Below, piece after piece: positions 1 to 8,895 of a stretch of 32,000 nucleotides of DNA. The first letter of the stretch is position 1, and each line of letters opens with the position of its first letter. The translations under genes and the position numbers were made by a program. The stretch comes from Demequinaceae bacterium (GTDB lineage Bacteria; Actinomycetota; Actinomycetes; Actinomycetales; Demequinaceae), in the NCBI GenBank assembly GCA_965250005.1, contig OZ252279.1, positions 1,050,001 through 1,082,000 on the forward strand. The letters run 5' to 3'. The notes under the pieces were generated by a model. That model saw only the letters and a program-made list of their open reading frames with translations. It did not search any database and was not told the DNA's origin.

Positions 1-4
1 GCAC

Positions 5-931
5 GTGCCCTATTCTCCGCTCGCCCTAGCCGCGCTCGCGTCGGTCGCCGTCCCGGGCCTCGACGTGTACGACGTGCTGCGCAGTACGCCCGCCGACGCA
101 GACTACGACGTTGTCGTAGTGGTCGACGCAACGGGAACTCGATGGACCGTTCGCGCGCCACGGAGCCCCGCAGCGGGCGCCGCACTGGAGGCGGAACTAT
201 CTCTGCTTCACGCCCTCGCGGCTGCGAGCGACACTGGTTCTCTGAGCTTCGCCGTCCCTCGGCCGGCGGGGACTGCGCCAACCGAGGATGGTGCTAAGGC
301 GATTGTCTACGAACAAATCCGTGGCTCGCGGCTCAATCTTGCTGCGCTCGAGCCTGGCCCCGGGCTAGCCGCGTCGCTCGGTCGCTCAATCGCGCAAATC
401 CACGAACTGCCGGCCACCGTCATTGAAGACCAGGGCCTGCCGGTTTACACGGCGGATGCGTACCGCGAGCGGCGACTCGCGGAGCTCGACGCCGCGACCC
501 AGACGGGGAGAATTCCGCCTTCGCTCGCGGAGCGATGGGAGAGTCAACTCGAGGATGTCTCGTGGTGGCGCTACGAGCCGACCGTGGTTCACGCGAACTT
601 CAGCGAGCACCGCGTCATCGTGTCAGACGGGATTGTCGCTGGCGTACTGTCGTGGATGGATGCACGGGTCGCCGACCCGGCGGACGATTTGGCGTGGCTC
701 GTCGCCGCCGCCCCTGACGATGTGCTCGATTCGATCGTAGAGGCCTACCATGGCGCGCGCCGTGAGCTGAGAGACCCTCACTTGCTTGACCGCGCGAGAC
801 TAGCGAGTGAGCTCGCGCTCGCGCGGTGGCTGCTCCACGGCGTGCGTACGGAAAGTGCGGATGTGGTGGATGACGCAATCGGCATGCTGGCCGACCTCGA
901 GGAACTTCTGGCGGACCAAGGCCAGCCGTAG
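5..931 (+). CDS. Mph/APH-fold phosphotransferase-family protein; both catalytic Asp positions substituted, so a probable pseudokinase
   Basis: 308-aa ORF from GTG at 5. The frame is open to the window edge, so the start could lie upstream. The C-lobe VVHANFSEHRVIVSDGIVAGVLSWMDARVADPADDLAWL aligns by eye to the macrolide/aminoglycoside phosphotransferase pattern hGDlxxxH/N...gviDWxeArvxDPaxDla. Confidence 0.8.
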   Translation: MPYSPLALAALASVAVPGLDVYDVLRSTPADADYDVVVVVDATGTRWTVRAPRSPAAGAALEAELSLLHALAAASDTGSLSFAVPRPAGTAPTEDGAKAIVYEQIRGSRLNLAALEPGPGLAASLGRSIAQIHELPATVIEDQGLPVYTADAYRERRLAELDAATQTGRIPPSLAERWESQLEDVSWWRYEPTVVHANFSEHRVIVSDGIVAGVLSWMDARVADPADDLAWLVAAAPDDVLDSIVEAYHGARRELRDPHLLDRARLASELALARWLLHGVRTESADVVDDAIGMLADLEELLADQGQP

Positions 932-955
932 GACTTCAGTTCGACGCACTCGGTT

Positions 956-3900
956 CTAGGAGCCTCGCGCAACCAAAGCGAGAATCTCAGCCTCGTCTAG
1001 GAGCCGCTCGGGAACGACGGTCTCTCCACTCGCAGCGTAGAAGAATGCCGCGTCGACATCCTCAACCTCAAGTCCGCGCCACTTTGACCATGCCAGTCTG
1101 TACGCCGCAAGTTGGACCTCGCGCGAAGCGAGCTCTGCAGGGTCGGACGGCGCGCGGCCCGACTTCCAGTCGACAACTGTCTCGCGATCGAGGCCACCGC
1201 CCGCTGGGAAAACCGCGTCGATTCGCGACCGGACTGTCACTGGCCCCACCGGCACTTCCACGTCCACCTCTACGTGCGTGGGCGTCCGAGCCGCCCACGG
1301 CGACGCCAAGAATGTTTCCTGTAGTTCAGTTAGATCGAGGCCGTCGTCACCCGTGGGGCCGAAGTCTTCCTCTGCAAGCAGGGAACTATGGCCGAAGTGC
1401 GCCTCGATCCACGCGTGGAACGCACTACCGCGCTGGGCCGCAACGGTTGGCTCGACCGGGATCGGGCGCCGCAGACTCAGGGCGAACGCATCGCTATCGC
1501 GCGCGATCGCCACGAGCGCGGTAGATGACAGGTGCGCGGGCATCTCCACTTCGTTGACGCGCTCCGCCCGCCTCGCCTGTTCGCGCAGGATCGCCTCGAT
1601 CTCCATTTGTAGCGGGAGACCTGTGTCTCGAGGTCCTGCCGCAATTGCATCGCGCACCTCTTGCGCGAGTTCCCGGCGCGATCGCTGCGTATCCGTAAGC
1701 GCGGGCGGCCACGACACGGCCGCCTGTGCTTGAGGCTCGCGGCGATCGTCGTTTGCGGGTTGCGCGGCCCAGGCTTCACGGTTGACGAGCCCGCTCTCTA
1801 GAAGCTCGGCGACGTAAGGCGATTCCCGGCGAGGCTGCAGTCCGTCACCCCACCACGCCCCACTGAGGATCACGTGGCTGCGCGCCCGCGTGATCGCCAC
1901 GTAGAAGAGGCGTCTTTCCTCCGCGACCCGGTAAGTGCCTGCCTCCCGGCGGAAGTCCTCCAGAATGGCGCGATAGTCCGCGAATGTTCCTGCCTCCTCC
2001 CATGGCCACTGGGGTAGGTCGGCGCTGTCCTGGCGCAGCGGCCACGGTACCGAGCCGGATTCGGATAGCCACCCCACATCGGCGTGCCACGGGCGCTTGT
2101 CTGTGGGCACCGATGCCTTGGGGAATGCGCCGTCTACCAGGCCCGGAATGGCCACGACGTCCCACTCCAGTCCCTTGGCAGAGTGCACCGTCTGGATCTG
2201 AATTGCCTGCGGGTCGGGTTCAGCGACCGGCGCGTCGAGCCCTCCCTCCTCCTCGCGCGCCGCAGCAAGCCAGGCGAGGAACGCTCCGAGCGTTGCGCGC
2301 TCGGCACTCGCGGCGAAGGACCGCGTCGCCTCGACAAACGTGTCGAGCGCGCGGCCTGGCGCAGCGGCCGCGCGACCGAGCGCGGCCTCGATGTCGAGCC
2401 CCCAGGCGCGGGACGCAAACGTCACGAGGTCAGGTAGCGACAAGTATGTGTGGGAGCGGACGCCCGCGACAACTTCACGTAAGTCCATCAGCCGAGTGCG
2501 CGCGGTCTCGGAGATGCCGCGGCCGTTGCGGGACGACCATCCCGCCCTGGGTAGCTCCTCGAGCGCGTCGACGATGCTCGGCTCGACATCTCGTTCCGCA
2601 TGTGGACCCGCAAGCTCCTCAGACCAGTCCCCGAGCGCCGCCAGGTCGACAATTCCCAGCGCGACTCGCTCAGAGGTGAGCAGTCGCATCAGAGAATCGC
2701 CGCGGCTAGGGTCGTGCGCCACCTCAAGTAGCGCCACGAGATCCACCACCTCGGGGATGTCGAGAAGCCCCCCGAGGCCAACAACCTCGTAGCCCACACC
2801 TCGCTCGCGCAGCGCCGCCACAAACGCCGGAATCTGGCGCCGAGCGCGGCACAGAATCGCGGCGGTCACGGGCCCTGTGACAACCCTGCTCGTATTCTCG
2901 AGTTCGGCCCGGCTAGCCAGTAAGTGCTCAACCACGCCTTCGGCTTCGGCGTCCAGATCCTTGAAAAAGTGCGCGATCACGCTCGCGCGCTTGCGCTCGG
3001 GCTCGGCCCGACCGAGCTCGGCGCCCTTGGACCGCAGCGTCTTGACGTCAACACGTGTGGCGCCACGCAGCGGGGCCGACGCCGCATTCGCGACAGCGAG
3101 TACGCCAGCCTCATTCCGCCACGAGACTGACAGCGAGAATTGTAGAACCTTGCGCGCGCCGCCAAAGCGATCAATAAAACCGACCAGAGAGCTCGCCGAG
3201 GCCCCGCGAAAACCGTAAATCGCCTGGTGTGGATCACCCACGGCCATCACCGGGTGATCGCCACCGAACACGTCTGAGAACAGAGTGAGCTGCCCGCTCG
3301 ACGTGTCCTGAAATTCGTCCAGCAAGACAACGCGATAGCGCGCCCGCTCAACAGCGCGTACTGTCGACAATTTCGCCAGGTCCCCCGCCACGGCGACTTG
3401 ATCTGCAAAGTCGAGATACGAGCCAGCTACCTTCCTGCGGACGTACTCATCGATGACCGGGGCGAGTGCGGCGCGGTTCCGGAATACCAGGGCCTCTTTC
3501 AACATGGTCCCCGTGGCCTGGCCTGCCGGCTTCGACGCTGTTGACGGCATGACCTCGATGCTGTCAGCGATCGCGTTGCAGAGCCCGGCCATGTCTGCCG
3601 TACTCGCCCCATGGTCAGCGAGTCCTGCCGCGAGTTTGTGAACGGCGCCCGTCACTGTGCTGACGGCCGCGCCGGATTCAATGTCCGCGGTCCAGTTCTC
3701 CACAACTTGAGAGGCGAGCTGCCACAGCGACGCGTCAGACAACACCACCGAGTCGGGATCAACTCCCACTCGAAGCCCGTGCTCTTTGACCAGACCCGCG
3801 GCGTAGGAGTTGTACGTGGCCACCGTGGGTTCGGGCCGGTCTGGGTCGTTCCCAAACACACGCAACACTCGTTCCTCAGCCCGCTCGGCGATCTCGGCCG

Positions 3901-4195
3901 CTGCCTTGCGCGTGAAGGTCAAGCACAGGATTTGGTCCGGCGAAATCTCTCGACCAAACAGCTCCTTCGCGTGGTCAAGCAAGTAGACGATGCGCATCGA
4001 TAAGGTCTCGGTCTTACCGGAGCCCGCACCCGCCACCACGAGCGCGGGGCCAAGTGGCGCGCCAATCACCGCTTGTTGTTCCGCCGTGGGCAGACGATCC
4101 GGGTCGATCAGGGCGGCGAGGTCCGCCACCGATCGCGCTTGGCCAACTACGACGCCCGGTGCCGGCTCGCGGGCGTCCGTAAGCGCGCTGCTCAT
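956..4195 (-). CDS. adnB: ATP-dependent helicase-nuclease subunit AdnB (UvrD-like motor plus C-terminal RecB-type nuclease)
   Basis: Walker A AGSGKTETL, UvrD motifs (LLDEFQDTS, GDPHQAIYGFRGA, QTVHSAKGLEW) and a C-terminal nuclease motif (RIDAVF...VVDWKSGR) with no Cys cluster. I chose the start at ATG 4195 (MSSALTD...) because it forms an ATGA overlap with the adnA stop. The ORF-track start at 4261 would overlap adnA by 70 nt. Confidence 0.9.
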   Translation of the reverse strand: MSSALTDAREPAPGVVVGQARSVADLAALIDPDRLPTAEQQAVIGAPLGPALVVAGAGSGKTETLSMRIVYLLDHAKELFGREISPDQILCLTFTRKAAAEIAERAEERVLRVFGNDPDRPEPTVATYNSYAAGLVKEHGLRVGVDPDSVVLSDASLWQLASQVVENWTADIESGAAVSTVTGAVHKLAAGLADHGASTADMAGLCNAIADSIEVMPSTASKPAGQATGTMLKEALVFRNRAALAPVIDEYVRRKVAGSYLDFADQVAVAGDLAKLSTVRAVERARYRVVLLDEFQDTSSGQLTLFSDVFGGDHPVMAVGDPHQAIYGFRGASASSLVGFIDRFGGARKVLQFSLSVSWRNEAGVLAVANAASAPLRGATRVDVKTLRSKGAELGRAEPERKRASVIAHFFKDLDAEAEGVVEHLLASRAELENTSRVVTGPVTAAILCRARRQIPAFVAALRERGVGYEVVGLGGLLDIPEVVDLVALLEVAHDPSRGDSLMRLLTSERVALGIVDLAALGDWSEELAGPHAERDVEPSIVDALEELPRAGWSSRNGRGISETARTRLMDLREVVAGVRSHTYLSLPDLVTFASRAWGLDIEAALGRAAAAPGRALDTFVEATRSFAASAERATLGAFLAWLAAAREEEGGLDAPVAEPDPQAIQIQTVHSAKGLEWDVVAIPGLVDGAFPKASVPTDKRPWHADVGWLSESGSVPWPLRQDSADLPQWPWEEAGTFADYRAILEDFRREAGTYRVAEERRLFYVAITRARSHVILSGAWWGDGLQPRRESPYVAELLESGLVNREAWAAQPANDDRREPQAQAAVSWPPALTDTQRSRRELAQEVRDAIAAGPRDTGLPLQMEIEAILREQARRAERVNEVEMPAHLSSTALVAIARDSDAFALSLRRPIPVEPTVAAQRGSAFHAWIEAHFGHSSLLAEEDFGPTGDDGLDLTELQETFLASPWAARTPTHVEVDVEVPVGPVTVRSRIDAVFPAGGGLDRETVVDWKSGRAPSDPAELASREVQLAAYRLAWSKWRGLEVEDVDAAFFYAASGETVVPERLLDEAEILALVARGS

Positions 4196-7100
4196 CGGGC
4201 GCTCACCTGCGCGCCCTCGGGTTGCGCTGGGCAGCAACGTCGAAGCGGGCAACGGTCGCAATGGTCCCCCGGCGTCGCGTCGAAGCCCGCTGCCGACATT
4301 GTCTGGACCACGGCCGCCAACCGAACAAGTGTCGCCTGGTCGTCGATCGGTCCCTGTTTTCGATCAGGGACCTTCGCTGCCGCCGTGCCAACGAACACGA
4401 GTTCCGCGCCCGTTGCCGCTGTGACGCCGTCCAGGCCACCGTGGTTCGCAGCCAGTTGGTACATCGCCAGTTGGCCGTGCTCTGCGACCTCCCCGCCCGG
4501 GACGGCCTGCTTGCCTGTCTTGATGTCGACGATAACGGCCTCGCTTCCCGTCACGTGCACCCGATCAGCTTGTCCTGACAGCGTCGCCCGGCCCAACTCC
4601 ACGCGGAATGGTAGTTCCGTCAGCACCTGGTCGGCTCGGACTCCACTGAAGTAAGCCGCTAGATGCCGCGCCATGCGAGACGCGCGCTCCCGTTCGTGGC
4701 GACCCACCCACGTGTCGAGCGTGCCAATCTGGTGCCAGCGTTCGTCCAATGCCTGTTCGAGATCCTCGGCCGAGCCTGTCGGGTGGGCGGCGGCGACCTC
4801 GTGAACCACGTTTCCGAGCACCTGCGCGCTGCCAGATTCCGCAGATCCGCCGACAGACTCAAGCGACCACCGCAACGGGCACTGCTCAACGGCATCCACG
4901 CGGGAGGGAGAAACGCGTACGCGCTGATTGGCCCCCCAGAGAACACCATCCGTCGACCACGGGTGAGCGCCGTGCCACCAGCGCGGGTCCGCACCAGGCG
5001 CACCGGCGAGCGCCAGTCGAGCCAGCATATGCGCCTGGCCAGCCCGTTTCGCGGGAGTCAGCTCAGCCGCCGCCCGACGGAGCTCCACGACGGCGTCGCG
5101 CAAGTCGGCGACTCCGCGAATGTCGCTTGCCTGCTGGCGATCGGCACCGGTCGCCGCTTCAATCCACGAAATGTACCGAGACGGCCGCTCGTCCTCTCCA
5201 TCGAGACACGAGACGATGAGTTGGACCCGCGCCCGCGTCAGAGCAACCAGGAGCGCTCGGGTTTCGTCAGCGAAAACCGCGGCCCTCGCGCCTGCCGCGA
5301 GTTCGGGCCGGGAAGCCTCCCCTGCGGGCGCGCGAGGAGCCCGACCGGCGACAACATCGGCAAACGCCTGCGCTCCGAGCACAGAATCGCGCAGGCGGAG
5401 GTTGGGCCACACGCCCTCCTCCAGTCCACACACCACAACCACATCCCACTCCTGTCCAGCGGCATGGACTGGAGTCACGAACGCGACTGCGTCGCCCCCG
5501 CGCGCACGTGCGGCTAGGGAATCAGCGGCGAATTCTTGCGCCGCCACGTAGTTGCCAAACTCCGCTGGCGAAGCCTCGGGCATCCGCTCTGAGTACTGCT
5601 GCGCTGCGCGCATGAGCGCTATGACGGCATCCATGTCCGCGTCGTCTCGCGCGGAACCCGCGAGCGCCCCTGCACGCCAAACCTCGGCAAGGCCAAACCG
5701 ACTCCAGATGGCCCATAGGATCGCGCCGGGAGTCGCATTGACCGATGCTGCCGCGCGGGCGCCAGCCCATGCCGCTCGAGAAGCAAGCGCCGCCCGCGAG
5801 GCCTCGGCGCCTGCGACCGTCACGAGCCTGGCAGGGTCCTGCATCGCCTCGGCCAGCAGTTGGTCCGCGGCACGCGTTCCGCCGCCGTCGCGGTCTTCCC
5901 GGACGAGTGCACGCCGGAGCCGCCGCAGCGCAACGGCATCGAGCCCGACAAGCCTGGACGAGAGCACGGCGGCGGCGGCATCCGCAGTCCAGGAGGTGCC
6001 GACCGCAACGTTAAGCATGGTGAGCAAAGGCGCGACCGCCGGTTCGTCCCTCAGCGCCACGCCGTCGCCAGCGAACTCACATGGGATTTCTGCCGCCACC
6101 AAATCGCCGCGAAGCGCGCGCAGCTGCTCGCTGGTGCGCGCGATTACGGCCATGCGGGACCACGGAACCCGCGCACCATCAAACCCCAAGTTCAGCGCCC
6201 GGAGCCTGGCCGCAATTGCCCGCGATTGTGCTCGTCGCTGCGGTGCGACGATCACCTCTACAGCGGCGCCATTTGCGCCGTCAGACGGACGGCGCGCAGA
6301 ACCTTCCTCGGACACGGGAATGCGCGACGCGACCGTTCTGGCGAGCGCCGCAAGCCCCGTGGGTTGACGGTGGGATTCTCCCAGACGCAGCAGCGAAGCA
6401 CCGAAGCCTCCCGCAGGCTCGGGAGCGAGCGCCCGAGCCAGCCGGAATGGCACCGCTCCTCGATACCCCTGGACTGATTCGTCCGCGTTTCCGATCGCGA
6501 CGAGCCGGGCACCTCCATCTACCAGGGCGGAGATCAACGCCCACGTAGCGGCCGTCGCATCTTGCGCGTCGTCGGCGACAACAAGCTTCCACGACGGCTT
6601 GCGCACGCCGCCTGCAGGCCAGTCCTCCAGCAAGTCGGCTGCCGCCGCGACCACGCCGGCCGGGTCATACCGTGAGCCCTGGTCACCCGGCAGGGATCGG
6701 AGTGCCATCACCTGCTCGTATTCGGCGTAAACAGCAGCCGCGCCCACCCATTCCGGTCGGCCAGCGGTGCGGCCGGCGTCGGCGAGCTGGCCGGGCCCCA
6801 CTCCAGCCTCGACCGCACGCATGAGCAGGTCTCGCAGCTCGTGACGGAATCCTGGCAGCGCGGTCGCTTTCGCGGGGACCACGCCATCCCAATTGGGCTG
6901 CGCACCGAGGCCCCGCTGGTGCCCGTCCAGCAGCGCGCGCAGAATCGCGTCCTGGTCGGCTCCGGAGACCAGCACAGGCCGAGGCATCCCGTCTGTCTCG
7001 GCGCGCGCCAGCAAAATCGAGAACGCAGCAGACGCAGGGGTGCGTACGGACGGAACGCCCGTGGGAACGCCCATCGCAAACGACACGCGGTCGCGCAGCG

Positions 7101-7341
7101 ACTCAGCGCCCTGGCGCGTGGGCGCGAGCACGAGGACGTCTTCAGGCTTGACCCGGCGTTCTTGCACCTCCGCCGCCGCGAGAGCGACCGCGACCGCCGT
7201 CTTGCCACTGCCTGCTTCGCCCACCACCACAACGTGGCCCGCGCGCGAATCCGCTACATGCGCCACCACAGCACGCTGCGCGGCGTCGAGATTGGGCGGC
7301 TCCGAGGGCGCGGGAGGCGCAATGAGGCGCGAGGTGGTCAT
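4192..7341 (-). CDS. adnA: Helicase-nuclease subunit AdnA (UvrD-like domain plus RecB-type nuclease with a Fe-S cysteine cluster)
   Basis: Walker A GEAGSGKTAV, nuclease motif ADRVHV...VIVDIKTGK, and a Cys set (EQCPLRW upstream plus C-terminal CDRCPLRRCC) matching the AddB/AdnA-type iron-sulfur staple. It lies immediately upstream of adnB and is coupled to it. The start is ambiguous: ATG 7341 (MTTSRL) is preferred because 7446 or 7431 would overlap the upstream gene. Confidence 0.85.
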   Translation of the reverse strand: MTTSRLIAPPAPSEPPNLDAAQRAVVAHVADSRAGHVVVVGEAGSGKTAVAVALAAAEVQERRVKPEDVLVLAPTRQGAESLRDRVSFAMGVPTGVPSVRTPASAAFSILLARAETDGMPRPVLVSGADQDAILRALLDGHQRGLGAQPNWDGVVPAKATALPGFRHELRDLLMRAVEAGVGPGQLADAGRTAGRPEWVGAAAVYAEYEQVMALRSLPGDQGSRYDPAGVVAAAADLLEDWPAGGVRKPSWKLVVADDAQDATAATWALISALVDGGARLVAIGNADESVQGYRGAVPFRLARALAPEPAGGFGASLLRLGESHRQPTGLAALARTVASRIPVSEEGSARRPSDGANGAAVEVIVAPQRRAQSRAIAARLRALNLGFDGARVPWSRMAVIARTSEQLRALRGDLVAAEIPCEFAGDGVALRDEPAVAPLLTMLNVAVGTSWTADAAAAVLSSRLVGLDAVALRRLRRALVREDRDGGGTRAADQLLAEAMQDPARLVTVAGAEASRAALASRAAWAGARAAASVNATPGAILWAIWSRFGLAEVWRAGALAGSARDDADMDAVIALMRAAQQYSERMPEASPAEFGNYVAAQEFAADSLAARARGGDAVAFVTPVHAAGQEWDVVVVCGLEEGVWPNLRLRDSVLGAQAFADVVAGRAPRAPAGEASRPELAAGARAAVFADETRALLVALTRARVQLIVSCLDGEDERPSRYISWIEAATGADRQQASDIRGVADLRDAVVELRRAAAELTPAKRAGQAHMLARLALAGAPGADPRWWHGAHPWSTDGVLWGANQRVRVSPSRVDAVEQCPLRWSLESVGGSAESGSAQVLGNVVHEVAAAHPTGSAEDLEQALDERWHQIGTLDTWVGRHERERASRMARHLAAYFSGVRADQVLTELPFRVELGRATLSGQADRVHVTGSEAVIVDIKTGKQAVPGGEVAEHGQLAMYQLAANHGGLDGVTAATGAELVFVGTAAAKVPDRKQGPIDDQATLVRLAAVVQTMSAAGFDATPGDHCDRCPLRRCCPAQPEGAQVSAR

Positions 7342-7394
7342 GCCCTTATCCCACCACTGCACAGCGACATTCGCCCGAGGGCGCGGCGAACCCG

Positions 7395-8333
7395 CTACGG
7401 CTCTGATTCCTCCGGCGCGGGGTTTGGCCATCCGTTCGGCGTGCACGGCGCAACATCAACAGCGTGGTCCTGCATCACCGATGCTTGCTGAGACGCGCCA
7501 GGGCACTCACTGTCCTCCTCGCCAAGGATGTGGCCGACAAGATGATTGAGAATCCACGCCCGAGAACTGGCGCGGTCGTCGCCGAAGCCGTCGTATCCCG
7601 CCGCCCAGTAATAGACGTTCACGACGACTATCCCCTGCTCTGCGCAGTTGGGCGGAGCCTCTGGGCTCGGGCTGGGAGACGGGGTGATGGCGGTATCTGC
7701 GGGGCTTGGAGTCGCGCTCGGCGGGGTGAGCGCGATCTCGACCGCTTCGATTTCAATTGGTCGCGCCTCGTGCGGGCGTCCGCAAATCTGCCCCGCGGTC
7801 TGCGGAGATGCGAACAGAATCCTGATGTCAGCAGCGCCATCCGTACGCCCAAAGGACATGCGACCGTTCGCGCCCCAGCCCTGCGAGTCGTTCAACAGGT
7901 TCATCGCGTGACCGCTTACCGCGTTCGTGGACAGGGGAAGGTCTTCCTCGACTTCGATTCGCACCCACCGCTCAGACCCTTCGCCTCGAGGCTGATCGAC
8001 ACCGGGAACCACCAGGAAGTTGCCTGTGGTGACGATTGGAATGCTGAGAGACGTGAGCCCGGCAACCAGATCGGCAGAGTCAGAGTCCCTGTCAATATCC
8101 GGATATGGTTCCACGGGAATCACGGGGCCAGGCGACACAGATACCTGGGGTGTTGGGGAGGCCGTGGAGCTCGGCTCGGGCCGCACCGCCGAGATGAGCG
8201 CGGGTACATAACCAGTGAGCCAGCCCGCCCCAATCCCAATCCCAAAGGCCGCAAGCATGATCCCGCCGACGATGTACCACGCTGGGATCTTCCTTCCTCT
8301 CAGCGAGAAACCGCCGCGTTTGCCCATGTCCAT
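7395..8333 (-). CDS. DUF3152-like membrane-anchored protein (zincin-like C-terminal region carrying HLVGH in place of HExxH)
   Basis: One N-terminal TM helix (IPAWYIVGGIMLAAFGIGIGAGWL), Pro/Ser/Thr linkers, and a C-terminal NHLVGHILGEEDSECPG...SVMQDH...CTPNGWP. Start ATG 8333 is supported by a TATCGT -10-like hexamer at 8340-8345 with 6 nt between it and the ATG. ATG 8327 is an alternative. Confidence 0.75.
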   Translation of the reverse strand: MDMGKRGGFSLRGRKIPAWYIVGGIMLAAFGIGIGAGWLTGYVPALISAVRPEPSSTASPTPQVSVSPGPVIPVEPYPDIDRDSDSADLVAGLTSLSIPIVTTGNFLVVPGVDQPRGEGSERWVRIEVEEDLPLSTNAVSGHAMNLLNDSQGWGANGRMSFGRTDGAADIRILFASPQTAGQICGRPHEARPIEIEAVEIALTPPSATPSPADTAITPSPSPSPEAPPNCAEQGIVVVNVYYWAAGYDGFGDDRASSRAWILNHLVGHILGEEDSECPGASQQASVMQDHAVDVAPCTPNGWPNPAPEESEP

Positions 8334-8381
8334 CCCCCTACGATAGTTCGTAGCGACCGCAACCCCATCCAGGAGGACCCC

Positions 8382-8600
8382 GTGGAGATCAGGATCGGCA
8401 TTCAGCACGTATCACGCGAGATAACCCTTGAGACGGACGACTCAGCCGACGCTGTGTCCAAGGCTGTCTCAGACGCGATGAACGGCGCGGTGCTGGAACT
8501 CACGGACACCAAGGGTCGCCACGTCCTCGTGCCGTCCGCTTCACTCGCTTACGTTGAGATCGGCGAGGAGTCCAAGCGGCGTGTTGGCTTCGGCGGCTAG
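8382..8600 (+). CDS. DUF3107 family small protein (TB9.4-like)
   Basis: The 72-aa tail of the long shadow ORF 7464-8600 (VEIRIGIQHVSREITLETDDSADAVSKAVSDAM...LAYVEIGEESKRRVGFG) is the recognisable family sequence. GTG at 8382 follows a perfect AGGAGG at 8371-8376. Confidence 0.8.
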   Translation: MEIRIGIQHVSREITLETDDSADAVSKAVSDAMNGAVLELTDTKGRHVLVPSASLAYVEIGEESKRRVGFGG

Positions 8601-8895
8601 TCAAGCTCAAGCGGTCGGGAGCGTTCCGGACGCCATTTTGTCGATGTTCGCCTGCGCGTGGAAGTCGTCGCCGTCGGCGAACGGGAGTTTGAACGCCGAC
8701 GCGAGGCATGCAACCAACCTAGAACGCGGGCCCGGGACCTCCGCGCGGTACACTGGAGTCGACCCGAGGTTGCCCGGTCGTCATGTGTAGCGCGGTACCG
8801 CTGAAGATAGCGATGAGCCGCGAAGTGGATGATTCGCGATCGGCTACCCGCCGAATGGCGCATTCTTGCGCAACGAATCAAGGAACACACCACTC

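Noticed and set aside
4196-4261. 22-codon N-terminal extension of adnB, which would give a 70-nt overlap with adnA
   Set aside because: The extension (MRPLPASTLLPSATRGRAGERP) is not helicase-like. The internal ATG at 4195 forms a classic ATGA stop/start overlap with adnA.
7464-8381. The 5' 900 nt of the 378-aa plus-strand ORF 7464-8600
   Set aside because: It is antisense to the DUF3152-like gene and its translation is Arg/Gly/Pro-rich with no recognisable domain. Only the last 72 codons, after an AGGAGG-GTG at 8382, match a known family (DUF3107).
8597-8893. 98-aa minus-strand ORF and other small ORFs filling the DUF3107/helicase intergenic region
   Set aside because: The translation is extremely Arg/Ser/Thr-rich (RRRTSTKWRPERSRP...) with no RBS and no hydrophobic or recognisable motif. 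It is more likely a non-coding leader.
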